Below are positions 18,216 through 27,204 of a stretch of DNA of 64,000 nt, piece after piece. Made by a program: the position numbers and the translations under genes. This DNA is from Nitrososphaeria archaeon (GTDB lineage Archaea > Thermoproteota > Nitrososphaeria > Nitrososphaerales > JACAEJ01), in NCBI GenBank assembly GCA_029775875.1, contig JARVKD010000002.1, positions 3,007 through 67,006 on the forward strand, in the 5' to 3' direction. A model generated the notes under the pieces. The model saw only the letters and a list, made by a program, of their open reading frames with translations, searched no databases and had not been told where the DNA came from. Every line of letters starts with the position of its first letter. The first letter of the stretch is position 1.

Positions 18216-18866
18216 TTGGATATTTATAGAAGTCCAAATATTGGGATGTTCACTAAGTGTAATGACAATTTTCTACTAATCCCAAGAGGGTTAGCCAGTA
18301 CGAAAGCTTCTAAGCTATCTTCTCTTTTAGGAGTAGAGCCTGTTAGAGCATCTATAAGTGGCTTAAGGTTGATAGGTCCTCTTGTTGCCATGAATAACAA
18401 GGGAATAATAGTCTCTAGGCTGACAGAGGATGAGGAGATAAGGGAAATAAAAAAAGAGACAGGCTTGCCAGTGGAAAGATTACCAACAAAGTACACATCT
18501 GTGGGGAATTTAGTCGTTGCCAACGATCATGGTGCTCTAGTATCAGAAATTTTACCCAATCAAGCAGTGAAGATCATAGCCGATGTTTTAGACACTCCAG
18601 TTGAGATTATGAGCATAGCATCATATTATCAAATAGGTTCTATGGCTGTGGCAACAGATTCGGGCGTAGTCGTTCATCCTCGTGCCTCAGAGGCTGAAGT
18701 GAAGAAAATTCATGATTTTCTTAAAGTTGATGTAGAACCATCAACAGTAAATAATGGCGTGCCCTACGTAGCTTCAGGCATAATAGCGAATTCTAGGAAC
18801 GCTGTTGTAGGAAGCCTCACTAATGGTCCTGAGCTATTAATATTAAGTAGAATTCTTAAGGTCTAA
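18216..18866 (+). CDS. eif6: Translation initiation factor 6 (aIF6)
   Basis: 216 aa. GSPNIG-type N-terminus (RSPNIGMFTKCNDNFLLIP) and a pentein repeat pattern. Conserved position upstream of pfdA and ftsY. Confidence 0.85.
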   Translation: MDIYRSPNIGMFTKCNDNFLLIPRGLASTKASKLSSLLGVEPVRASISGLRLIGPLVAMNNKGIIVSRLTEDEEIREIKKETGLPVERLPTKYTSVGNLVVANDHGALVSEILPNQAVKIIADVLDTPVEIMSIASYYQIGSMAVATDSGVVVHPRASEAEVKKIHDFLKVDVEPSTVNNGVPYVASGIIANSRNAVVGSLTNGPELLILSRILKV

Positions 18867-18920
18867 TCAAGAAAACTATATTCTTAAATTCCAGCCAATA
18901 TTTGAATTGGTAGATGTTAA

Positions 18921-19343
18921 GTGAGCGATCAAGAAAGAATTCAATCACTGGCTATGGAGTTAAGGATGCTAGAGGGCTACTTTGGCGAGATAAATACACG
19001 TGAATCTCTTCTGGCTAGAGCTATAGTAGAGAGTAGAGCGGCTCTAGAGGCCATAAGAAGCTTTCCAAGTAATGAGACTTCCGATGTGCTTGTTCCAATA
19101 GGGGGAGGAGTTTTCATAGAAGTATCTGCAAAGCCTCCTGACAAGCTCTTGGTGAGCATAGGCGCTGATGTTATGATAGAGGAGACGAAAGATGGCGCTG
19201 TAAGTTTTTTGGAGGAGAGAATAAAAGAACTTGAGAATGCTATATCAAACCTTGAGGGACAGAAGGCAGAGCTGGCAAAAAGGATAGAATCCAACAGAGC
19301 AATCATAAGCAGTATATTAGAAAAGCAGAAAAAGACTCAATAG
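18921..19343 (+). CDS. pfdA: Prefoldin alpha subunit
   Basis: 140 aa with coiled-coil ends and a central VLVPIGGGVFIEV...LLVSIGADVMIE beta-hairpin region. Confidence 0.8.
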   Translation: MSDQERIQSLAMELRMLEGYFGEINTRESLLARAIVESRAALEAIRSFPSNETSDVLVPIGGGVFIEVSAKPPDKLLVSIGADVMIEETKDGAVSFLEERIKELENAISNLEGQKAELAKRIESNRAIISSILEKQKKTQ

Positions 19344-19383
19344 TTAAATGATGCAGCTTTATGTTAACTTGAAGTGAAAAGCC

Positions 19384-20295
19384 ATGTTCGATAAGCTTCG
19401 TTCTGCCTTGAAGGCTTTGAGCAAAGCCATTACAGAGCGTACTCTTGATGAGAAAGAAGTTGATAAACTGCTTTGGGATTTCAAAGTTGCTTTGATGGAG
19501 AGTGACGTGGCTTACGAGGTAGTTGAAGAATTGACATCAAGGTTGAAGAGCGAAATAGTCGGTACTAAAATTCAACGCTCTATAAATTCTTCAGATTACA
19601 TTAAAGAACGCTTAATGAATGTAGTCAAAGAAATCTTTTCAGGAGCGAAGCAATTCGATATGCTCGATATGATAAAAAAGAAAAATACAACGGGAGAACC
19701 TTTCATAATTCTGTTTTTAGGGGTGAATGGGACTGGAAAGACCACAACTATAGCTAAATCTGCAAACCTTTTGAAAAAGTCAGGGTTTTCAGTGATTTTA
19801 GCATGTTCAGATACACATCGTGCTGGAGCCATAGAGCAACTCACAGAGCATGCAGACAGATTATCAGTAAAAGTCATCTCACAAAAGTATGGTGCAGACC
19901 CTGCTGCTGTTGCTCGAGATGCTGTATTACACGCAAAATCAAGAAAGATAGACGTTGTTCTTATAGACACTGCAGGAAGAATGCAGACGAGCAAGAATTT
20001 GATGGAGGAGATGGCTAAGATAACAAGAGTCGTTAACCCAGACTTAAAGATATTTGTTGGTGATGCACTAGCTGGAAACGATGCTGTATCTCAGGCTAAA
20101 GAATTTCAGGAATTCACCAATTTTGATGCTGCAATCTTGACTAAGACCGACGCTGATGTCAAAGGAGGGGCTGCTCTATCTATTGCATATGTAACTGGGA
20201 AGCCGATAATTTACCTTGGTACTGGTCAAAGCTATGATGATTTAGTTGCATTTAACGTTGATTCTTTCGTTTCATCCTTATTTGAAGAGAAGTGA
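19384..20295 (+). CDS. ftsY: Signal recognition particle receptor FtsY
   Basis: GVNGTGKTTTIAK...DTAGRMQT...TKTDADVKGGAALS are the SRP-GTPase G1-G4 motifs. Confidence 0.9.
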   Translation: MFDKLRSALKALSKAITERTLDEKEVDKLLWDFKVALMESDVAYEVVEELTSRLKSEIVGTKIQRSINSSDYIKERLMNVVKEIFSGAKQFDMLDMIKKKNTTGEPFIILFLGVNGTGKTTTIAKSANLLKKSGFSVILACSDTHRAGAIEQLTEHADRLSVKVISQKYGADPAAVARDAVLHAKSRKIDVVLIDTAGRMQTSKNLMEEMAKITRVVNPDLKIFVGDALAGNDAVSQAKEFQEFTNFDAAILTKTDADVKGGAALSIAYVTGKPIIYLGTGQSYDDLVAFNVDSFVSSLFEEK

Positions 20296-21269
20296 ACAGC
20301 ATCTTGATGAAGGGTAAGTCTATTCTCTCACTAATGGAATTAAACTCGGAAGAAATCGATAAAATCCTAGATCTAGCAATGGTATTGAAGAAAGAGGCAA
20401 AGCAACGCTTTTTCAGAAAATTACTGAAGGACAAAGTTCTTGCCATGATCTTTCAAAAACCCAGCACAAGAACGAGAGTTAGCTTCGAGGTTGCCATGCT
20501 TCAACTTGGTGGGCATGCTATCAACCTTAGCACTAACGAACTGCAGTTAGGTCGCGGGGAGACCATAGAAGATACTGGCAGAACCTTATCGAGATACGTT
20601 GATGCTATAATGGCTAGAGTTTATAATCATGAAGATGTAGTAAAATTGGCAAAAGTTTCATCAGTGCCAGTGATAAATGGATTAAGCGAACATTACCATC
20701 CTGCTCAGATACTAGCTGATCTACAGACTCTTTTTGAAGCAAAAGGCAAATTGAAAGGGTTAAAAGTTGCGTGGGTAGGAGATGGCAATAACGTTTGTAA
20801 TACTTGGCTGATAGGAGCAGCATTGATGGGTATTGATATATCTGTTGCAACACCAGAAGAATATCGTCCTTTAAAAGAAGCTGTTGATAACGCTCAAAAG
20901 ATAGCCAAAGATACAGGAGCGAGAATAGAAATCATAAATGATCCTATCATGGCTGTAAAGGATGCAGATTGTGTTATGACTGATTCTGTAGTATCTATGG
21001 GCTTCGAGCAAGAGAGAGATAAAAGATTGAAGGTATTTATACCAAAGTATCAAGTCAACGGTAAGCTTATGGATAAAGCAAAGTCTGATGCTGTTTTCAT
21101 GCATTGTTTGCCTGCAAAGAGAGGAGAAGAGGTTACTGACAATGTTATCGATGGTCCTAAATCTTTGGTCTGGGATGAGGCTGAGAACAGACTCCATTCA
21201 CAAAAGGCTCTACTTTGCTATCTGCTTTTGGATGAGAATGAAATCTTTAGAAATTTATCCCATTCCTAA
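20292..21269 (+). CDS. argF: Ornithine carbamoyltransferase
   Basis: FQKPSTRTRVSFE, HPAQILADL, DSVVSMG and HCLPAKRGEEV motifs. Overlaps the ftsY stop by 4 nt. Confidence 0.85.
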   Translation: MNSILMKGKSILSLMELNSEEIDKILDLAMVLKKEAKQRFFRKLLKDKVLAMIFQKPSTRTRVSFEVAMLQLGGHAINLSTNELQLGRGETIEDTGRTLSRYVDAIMARVYNHEDVVKLAKVSSVPVINGLSEHYHPAQILADLQTLFEAKGKLKGLKVAWVGDGNNVCNTWLIGAALMGIDISVATPEEYRPLKEAVDNAQKIAKDTGARIEIINDPIMAVKDADCVMTDSVVSMGFEQERDKRLKVFIPKYQVNGKLMDKAKSDAVFMHCLPAKRGEEVTDNVIDGPKSLVWDEAENRLHSQKALLCYLLLDENEIFRNLSHS

Positions 21270-21477
21270 AGTATTTTATTGCAAAATTTGTAGTCATTAG
21301 CTTATCGGAAAATAAGTATGGAGCTAGGGTCAGAAGCGAGGTTTTTAAGCTTTTTTATTCGAAGATCAATGTAAACCTTTCGCAGATTAGTAGCAATTTT
21401 TCGATAAGTTATATAAAAATTTAATAGATTAGTCTCAGAATAAAAGGTTTTTATAGTTCAATACCTATTTTGGTTTA

Positions 21478-22815
21478 GTGACTGGTTTAATAATTAATGT
21501 AATGGCAAGTGTTTCTGTTGGCATAGCCATAATGGCACCATTCTCGACCGTATTGCTTCTATCGAGAAGAATAGAAAGAATATCTGGAGTTAGATCATAT
21601 TGGCATTTATTCTTAATCTCCATCATGTTTTATGTAGCGTATGTTTTGGTAACATGGAGCGATCCTTTTGGTATTTTCTCATTAGAACCTCTTACATTAC
21701 TCTCTGGCACAGCATTACTCATGCTTAGCGCTCTTTCTGTTGCCCTTGGTATGATGGGCTTAATGGCTACTATTGGTTATAATACTTATAGGATATTTGT
21801 TGCCTTTACTTTTGTAGGTGTGGTAACACCTATCATATTGGGTCTGAGCTTAAACTATATTGCTACTTCTTCAATTCCACTTTCCATAGTGATTTTAACA
21901 TTATTAGAAGGCTTTCTTACGTATTGTTTCATCTCTCTCTCGTATTTTTTACTTTCAAGATTCGGATCGATTTTAGGTAAAGTAAGAATACCCTTTGCTC
22001 TAATAGTAAGCGCAGTTAGCTTAATTGCAGGTTTTGGTTTTCTATACTTCTTTGGAAGTTTGATCTTCGAATTTTCCCTCTTCAATCCTGATATAATAAT
22101 TGGGCTAGGGGCACCAGTATACGCAGTAGTAGGTTTAATGGCTCCATATGCCTCTTTTAGAATAGTTAAAGAGACTAAACCTTTACTCCCAATGCCCTTA
22201 GAAGCAAAGCTAGAGGCTGGGATTCCTGAGATAGACAATATGTTAAAAGGTGGCATTCCCCATCCTTGCTCACTATTGTTCTTAGGACCCGTAGGTAGTG
22301 GAAAGACGGAAATCTTTCTAAAGTTATCAAGTTATCGGCTTCAAAAAAATGATGCAATAATCTTTGTCTGCACCAATAACCTACCAGAGAATTATCGATT
22401 GATGATGGAGAATATAGGGTTTGATCCACAACCTTTTGAGGAAAGAAATTCACTAATATTCGTAGATGCTTATTCTAGCAAGTTTGGGATAGAAAGCAAA
22501 GAGAAGTATTGCACCTCAATAATACCTTACGATGTTAATGCAACAATTTCAAAAGCTATCGATGAAGCAAAAGGAATAAACAAGATTGTCATAGTTCATA
22601 GTCTGACGGACGTTTTGGACGAGTGTGGAACTAGGGAAGGATTAGTGTTCTTGAGAAGCTTGGTCGCCAGAACAAGAGAAGTGAAGGCAACTTTACTCTT
22701 AAGCCTAAACCCTCAAGCGTTTCCTCCAGCTGTATTGGCTCTTGCCCAAGAAGCTGTGGATGGTACCATAACCCTAAAGGCAAAGGAGAAAGCTGGTGTA
22801 AGATGGCACCTGTGA
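21478..22815 (+). CDS. Polytopic membrane domain fused to a KaiC/RecA-like ATPase domain
   Basis: 445 aa. About 230 aa of TM helices, then GIPEIDNMLKGGIPHPCSLLFLGPVGSGKTE (KaiC-type Walker A region). Confidence 0.65.
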   Translation: MTGLIINVMASVSVGIAIMAPFSTVLLLSRRIERISGVRSYWHLFLISIMFYVAYVLVTWSDPFGIFSLEPLTLLSGTALLMLSALSVALGMMGLMATIGYNTYRIFVAFTFVGVVTPIILGLSLNYIATSSIPLSIVILTLLEGFLTYCFISLSYFLLSRFGSILGKVRIPFALIVSAVSLIAGFGFLYFFGSLIFEFSLFNPDIIIGLGAPVYAVVGLMAPYASFRIVKETKPLLPMPLEAKLEAGIPEIDNMLKGGIPHPCSLLFLGPVGSGKTEIFLKLSSYRLQKNDAIIFVCTNNLPENYRLMMENIGFDPQPFEERNSLIFVDAYSSKFGIESKEKYCTSIIPYDVNATISKAIDEAKGINKIVIVHSLTDVLDECGTREGLVFLRSLVARTREVKATLLLSLNPQAFPPAVLALAQEAVDGTITLKAKEKAGVRWHL

Positions 22816-22947
22816 AATTAAAAGTAGAAATAAAAAACCTTCCACATAAAGGATTATGCAATTAGGATATTACTAGGCGAAAAACAAGGGTGGTATAGCT
22901 AACTTTCTATGTGAGCACTTTTCTAACATCCAAAGCATCATATAAAA

Positions 22948-23211
22948 TCATGCTTGAGTGATCAGAAGCTCAGCCACATTTTTTCTCAAAGTAAGTAGTT
23001 TTTTACAGTACCTGCAATCTGGGTTCTTGCTTTCGTAATATGGGCAAGGAAAAACATCCTCTATACTTTGAAGCAAGATTTTTGCGTTCTCTGCTTTTTC
23101 ACTAATGCTTTTTGCTTCATTTATTCTTTTGAATATCTCGATCAAAAACTGTTCTTTAATATCGAATGTAGAACATGATATTTGACTCCTCTTTCTTTCA
23201 GTAGAACGCAT
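22948..23211 (-). CDS. Hypothetical small protein with C-terminal Cys cluster
   Basis: 87 aa with CPYYESKNPDCRYC. Divergent from the PadR gene. Confidence 0.4.
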   Translation of the reverse strand: MRSTERKRSQISCSTFDIKEQFLIEIFKRINEAKSISEKAENAKILLQSIEDVFPCPYYESKNPDCRYCKKLLTLRKNVAELLITQA

Positions 23212-23335
23212 TTTGAATTATATTTTCGGCAATTAAAAAATATTTTATTCATCACTTTGATCGGAAACAGGCTCTTTACAGCTCGAATACTGTATAGAAA
23301 AGTATATATTTGTTTATCGATCGAAAAATATAATA

Positions 23336-23746
23336 ATGCTTATATATAGTCTATATAACATGCGCCTTGTAAATATTATGAATTCATCGCCTAATGAATG
23401 GAGGGTGATAAAGAAGGCTAGGGGAAAGTATGTGAAAGGTTTACTGGACCTCTTAATCTTGACAATCTTGAGAGAAAGAGAGATGAGCGGCTATGATCTT
23501 ATTAGTTACATTCATAGAACCTTTGAAGTTTTGCTCAGCCCTGGCACTTTGTATCCCATGCTGAACAATCTTGAGCATATGGGGTTGATAGAAGGTATAG
23601 AACAAGGCAGAAAGAAGCTTTACAGGTTAACAAGTAAGGGAGAAGTCTTGTGCCGATCTCTCTCTTCAGAATATTTGAATATCATATCAAGAACTGCCTT
23701 CTTAAAAACCAATGAAGAAGCCAAAACTTTCACGCCTGAGGAGTGA
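23336..23746 (+). CDS. PadR-family transcriptional regulator
   Basis: LLDLLILTILREREMSGYDLISYI...SPGTLYPMLNNLEHMGLIEG...KLYRLTSKG is the PadR wHTH pattern. The true start may be internal (MNSSPNEW). Confidence 0.8.
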   Translation: MLIYSLYNMRLVNIMNSSPNEWRVIKKARGKYVKGLLDLLILTILREREMSGYDLISYIHRTFEVLLSPGTLYPMLNNLEHMGLIEGIEQGRKKLYRLTSKGEVLCRSLSSEYLNIISRTAFLKTNEEAKTFTPEE

Positions 23747-23843
23747 TTGTACAAATTTTCTTCTTTTAGCCTCTGTTTTCATTTCTTACCTCCTTCTACG
23801 AAGCGATTAGAACATTCGTTGCTTGGGAAAAATTCGATTGAAA

Positions 23844-24668
23844 TTATATTTTTAAGATTTTAAGGTTGGCTCTTTCAATCAATTCAACTATTCTTGTCTT
23901 CTCTTTACCCAATCCCTTCCAATCGAGAATAGCGTAATTAACTTTTTGTGGGCATTTTTCTATCATCTGGTTTAGAATCTCCCCATCAATGAACTGTAAT
24001 GAGTATTTTGAAGCAATCGCTCCTAGCGCAAAGTCTGACTCTATCAAGAACTTTGTAAACTTCTCTGAGTAATGAGTTCCTCCAAATCCTATACCAACTT
24101 TGTCGTATCTTTGTATAACGTTTATAGTGTTCATCAGAGCCTTTGAAATTATCTCGCCAGCTTTAACGTCTTTCCATTCCTGCTCCGTTGAGCCTATCTC
24201 AACAAATATTACAGGCTTGGTAAGAGAGGTTGGACCATGGTGCATTGGTTCAAGAATTATCTGATATTTTGGAGCCGATTCTCTCAATTTCCATAATTGC
24301 TTGATGTATTCTTTTTGGAAGCTTGGATAGGTGTGTGCCAATTCTCTTGGCTTTCCTCCATGAGAATTATCATCAGAAAAGTTCCCTGGGAAATGAGTAG
24401 TAAGGCAAGGTATTTTGCTCTCAGATTTATGACGCGAAATAAATATGTAGGCATCTGCTAAAAAATGATCATTCAGATAGTCTGCAAAGATTAGATCTTT
24501 CTCTATTCTTATCAGTTTTAAATTGTCTTTTGTGAATATTGGCGAACCATCGAACTTTTCATCCGTTTCTCTAAAACCAAATCCTTCTATCAACATCTTG
24601 GCTATGTTAATGCTTGCTATGTCTTCATTAGAGCTGACTATCACTAGATTCTCCATCGATTCGATCAT
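23844..24668 (-). CDS. dtdA: D-aminoacyl-tRNA deacylase, archaeal type (DTD2)
   Basis: 274 aa. IFISRHKSESKIPCLTTHFPGNF...GGKPRELA and EPMHHGPT fit my recollection of the DtdA/GEK1 family. Confidence 0.7.
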   Translation of the reverse strand: MIESMENLVIVSSNEDIASINIAKMLIEGFGFRETDEKFDGSPIFTKDNLKLIRIEKDLIFADYLNDHFLADAYIFISRHKSESKIPCLTTHFPGNFSDDNSHGGKPRELAHTYPSFQKEYIKQLWKLRESAPKYQIILEPMHHGPTSLTKPVIFVEIGSTEQEWKDVKAGEIISKALMNTINVIQRYDKVGIGFGGTHYSEKFTKFLIESDFALGAIASKYSLQFIDGEILNQMIEKCPQKVNYAILDWKGLGKEKTRIVELIERANLKILKI

Positions 24669-24715
24669 AACGAACCTGTCTTATAAATAAAAAGAACCTA
24701 AAAGTTTAAAATATA

Positions 24716-24916
24716 ATGCATGGTCTCATATTGTGGAGAGACTTGGCTTTATCAGACCTCATAAGATCGATTATACAGATGCTTAGACTCTCTAAGAAAT
24801 CGAGTAGAGATGAGTATCTTCTATACCTTAAGCTGACCGCCTTAGGTGTAGCAGTAGTCGGGATATTGGGGTTTATAATTAAGATAGTAGGTTCTGTGCT
24901 ACAACTCATGGGTTAA
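24716..24916 (+). CDS. secE: Protein translocase subunit SecE (Sec61-gamma)
   Basis: Small protein with one C-terminal TM helix (YLKLTALGVAVVGILGFIIKIV), directly upstream of spt5. The start is uncertain. Confidence 0.7.
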   Translation: MHGLILWRDLALSDLIRSIIQMLRLSKKSSRDEYLLYLKLTALGVAVVGILGFIIKIVGSVLQLMG

Positions 24917-24934
24917 TCATAGAGATGAAAGGGA

Positions 24935-25426
24935 ATGTCAAAGAATCTATCCAGTAAACTATTTGCCATAAAGACTACGGGAGGGCAAGAAAAGATCGTT
25001 GCAAGGCTCATACATAATAAAGTATCCACTAGAAAATTGCCTATTTCTTCTATACTTGTATTGGACGAAATGAAAGGATATGTCTTTCTAGAGGCAAGCA
25101 ATGCTCAGGTCATAAGTGAGGTTGTATCTGGGCTAAAGCATGTTAAAGGATTCGTGCCAGGTATGCTACAATATCAAGACATCGAAAAATTCCTTATATT
25201 CAAGCCCATAATCTCTGAATTAAAAGTGGATGATATAGTCGAGATAGTAGCTGGTCCCTTCAAGGGCATGAGGGCAAAGATAGACCGAATAGAGTTGGCT
25301 AGGTCAGAGGTTACCGTTGTACTATTAGATGCACCATACCAGCTCCCTGTAACTGTGGATGCAAGCTATCTAAAACTGTCTTCACAGGCAAAAAGTCCAC
25401 CACCTTCCCCTGAAGGACAGCCTTGA
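24935..25426 (+). CDS. spt5: Transcription elongation factor Spt5 (NusG)
   Basis: NGN domain (LFAIKTTGGQEKIV...KGYVFLEA) plus a KOW motif (VDDIVEIVAGPFKGMRAKI). Confidence 0.9.
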   Translation: MSKNLSSKLFAIKTTGGQEKIVARLIHNKVSTRKLPISSILVLDEMKGYVFLEASNAQVISEVVSGLKHVKGFVPGMLQYQDIEKFLIFKPIISELKVDDIVEIVAGPFKGMRAKIDRIELARSEVTVVLLDAPYQLPVTVDASYLKLSSQAKSPPPSPEGQP

Positions 25427-25489
25427 ATCAATTAGGTCAAAGATTCAATGTTTTTATACAAGAAAGTAAAAGGATTTCAGTGATAAGTT

Positions 25490-25723
25490 ATGAGGGCGTA
25501 TATTCTGATAAGGGCCAAACCAGGAACCACTGAGGATATTATTAAAGCCATAAAGAATTTGAAGGGAATCAAGGTAGTCTTGGCTGATTCTATTTATGGT
25601 AGGTTCGATGCTATAGTGGTGATCGAAGCTCGAGATATAAAAGCACTAAGTGAGATGGTCTACAAGATGATCGGCGTGCATCCAGAAATAATCCATACCG
25701 AAACTCTGATAAGTCTTTTCTAA
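25490..25723 (+). CDS. Stand-alone Lrp/AsnC-type ligand-binding (RAM) domain protein
   Basis: 77 aa. AYILIRAKPGTTEDIIKAIKNLKGI...GRFDAIVVIEARDIKALSEMV has the RAM fold pattern and no HTH. Confidence 0.7.
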   Translation: MRAYILIRAKPGTTEDIIKAIKNLKGIKVVLADSIYGRFDAIVVIEARDIKALSEMVYKMIGVHPEIIHTETLISLF

Positions 25724-25737
25724 TTTGGTGATAAAAA

Positions 25738-25980
25738 TTGCCTATAAGGGCCTTCGTCTTAGTTACAACAAAGCCAGGCACTTCTGAAGATATAGTCAGA
25801 GCTAGAAAGATAAGGGGAGTAAAGATCGCCAATTCTGTCTTTGGAAGGTTCGATGCTGTAATAGTAGTGGAGGCAAAGGATATGAACGAATTGTCGAAGA
25901 TAGTCTATGAGATGATAGAACAGATGCCGAACATAAGGAGCACTGAAACTCTTATTACTCTGTTCTATCCACCAGAATGA
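25738..25980 (+). CDS. Stand-alone Lrp/AsnC-type ligand-binding (RAM) domain protein (paralog)
   Basis: 80 aa. AFVLVTTKPGTSEDIVRARKIRGV...GRFDAVIVVEAKDMNELSKIV is a paralog of the upstream ORF. Confidence 0.7.
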   Translation: MPIRAFVLVTTKPGTSEDIVRARKIRGVKIANSVFGRFDAVIVVEAKDMNELSKIVYEMIEQMPNIRSTETLITLFYPPE

Positions 25981-26062
25981 ATGATTAATCAAAGTCTGCT
26001 AAATTAAAGCGATTTACTTAAAAACATGGTATTTATGCAGGTCTAATAAAGAGAGTGGTATC

Positions 26063-26548
26063 TTGGGGGAAAAGAAGATAATTAATGCCTTAATAGTTGG
26101 TGGCGAGGCTACCGCAGGTCCTCCTTTAGGACCAACTCTTGGGCCTCTTGGAGTAAACGTAGTTGCTATAGTGAATAAGATCAACGAGTTGACAAAAGAG
26201 TACTCAGGTATGAGGGTCCCAGTGAAGATAGCTGTTGATACAGAAACAAAGAGTTTTGACGTTGAAGTTGGCACACCTACAACTTCTGCTCTTATAGTCA
26301 AAGAGGCAGGCATTCAGAAGGGATCAGGTACACCAAAGACAAGTTTTGCTGGCAACTTAAGCTTTCAACAAGTTTCTAAGATAGCCAAGATGAAAGGGCA
26401 ACTTTCATACGGTAAGAATTTGAAGTCTGTAATAAAAGAGGTAATTGGATCTTGTATAAGCATGGGAGTATCAATAGAGGGAAAGGATCCCAGAGAGGTA
26501 CAGAAAGAAATCTATGAGGGGAAATGGGACAAAGCTATAGAGGAGTGA
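26063..26548 (+). CDS. rpl11: 50S ribosomal protein uL11
   Basis: VGGEATAGPPLGPTLGPLGVN is the L11 N-terminal signature. Confidence 0.95.
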   Translation: MGEKKIINALIVGGEATAGPPLGPTLGPLGVNVVAIVNKINELTKEYSGMRVPVKIAVDTETKSFDVEVGTPTTSALIVKEAGIQKGSGTPKTSFAGNLSFQQVSKIAKMKGQLSYGKNLKSVIKEVIGSCISMGVSIEGKDPREVQKEIYEGKWDKAIEE

Positions 26549-26553
26549 ATTGC

Positions 26554-27201
26554 ATGCCAAAATTGGTAGAAATAGTGAAGAAAGCAAGGGAAAGCGCGAA
26601 AAAGAGGAACTTCTCTCAATCTTTTGATCTCATATTGTCTCTTCAGGATATAGACTTCAAGAAAAAAGAGTTCAGCATAAACGAGGTAGTATTCTTGCCT
26701 TATGCTTTCACTAATCCTTCTCCAATCTGTGTCTTTGCATCTGGTGATATGGCCTTAAGGGCTAGGAATAGCGGTGTAGATCGGGTCATAGAGCCTGAAG
26801 AACTGGATAAGCTTATGACTTCGAAAAGAGAGGCAAGAAAGATAGCCCAAAATTATACCTTCTTTCTTGCTGAAGCACCTTTGATGCCTAGGATAGGAAA
26901 GATTTTTGGGCCTTACCTTGGCCCTAAGGGTAAGATGCCATCTCCTCTTCCCCCTAATGCTCCTATAGAGAATATAATAGCGAGATACCGCTCAGCAACA
27001 AGGGTAAGGACAAAAAATCAACTCACTATTTCATGTAAGATAGGTGATGAGGGTATGAGCGATGATAAAATCGCTGAAAATTCACAAGCAGTTATAAGTG
27101 CCATTGAAAAGAAACTGCCGTTAGGCTCGAAAAATATAAAGAATATAATTGTAAAGCTTACCATGAGCCCCGTCGTCAAAGTTCCTGCTATAGAGGCGTA
27201 A
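26554..27201 (+). CDS. rpl1: 50S ribosomal protein uL1
   Basis: Archaeal L1 pattern (RNFSQSFDLILSLQDID...GPYLGPKGKMP). ATG 26554 is preceded by GGAGTGA. Confidence 0.9.
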   Translation: MPKLVEIVKKARESAKKRNFSQSFDLILSLQDIDFKKKEFSINEVVFLPYAFTNPSPICVFASGDMALRARNSGVDRVIEPEELDKLMTSKREARKIAQNYTFFLAEAPLMPRIGKIFGPYLGPKGKMPSPLPPNAPIENIIARYRSATRVRTKNQLTISCKIGDEGMSDDKIAENSQAVISAIEKKLPLGSKNIKNIIVKLTMSPVVKVPAIEA

Positions 27202-27204
27202 AAT

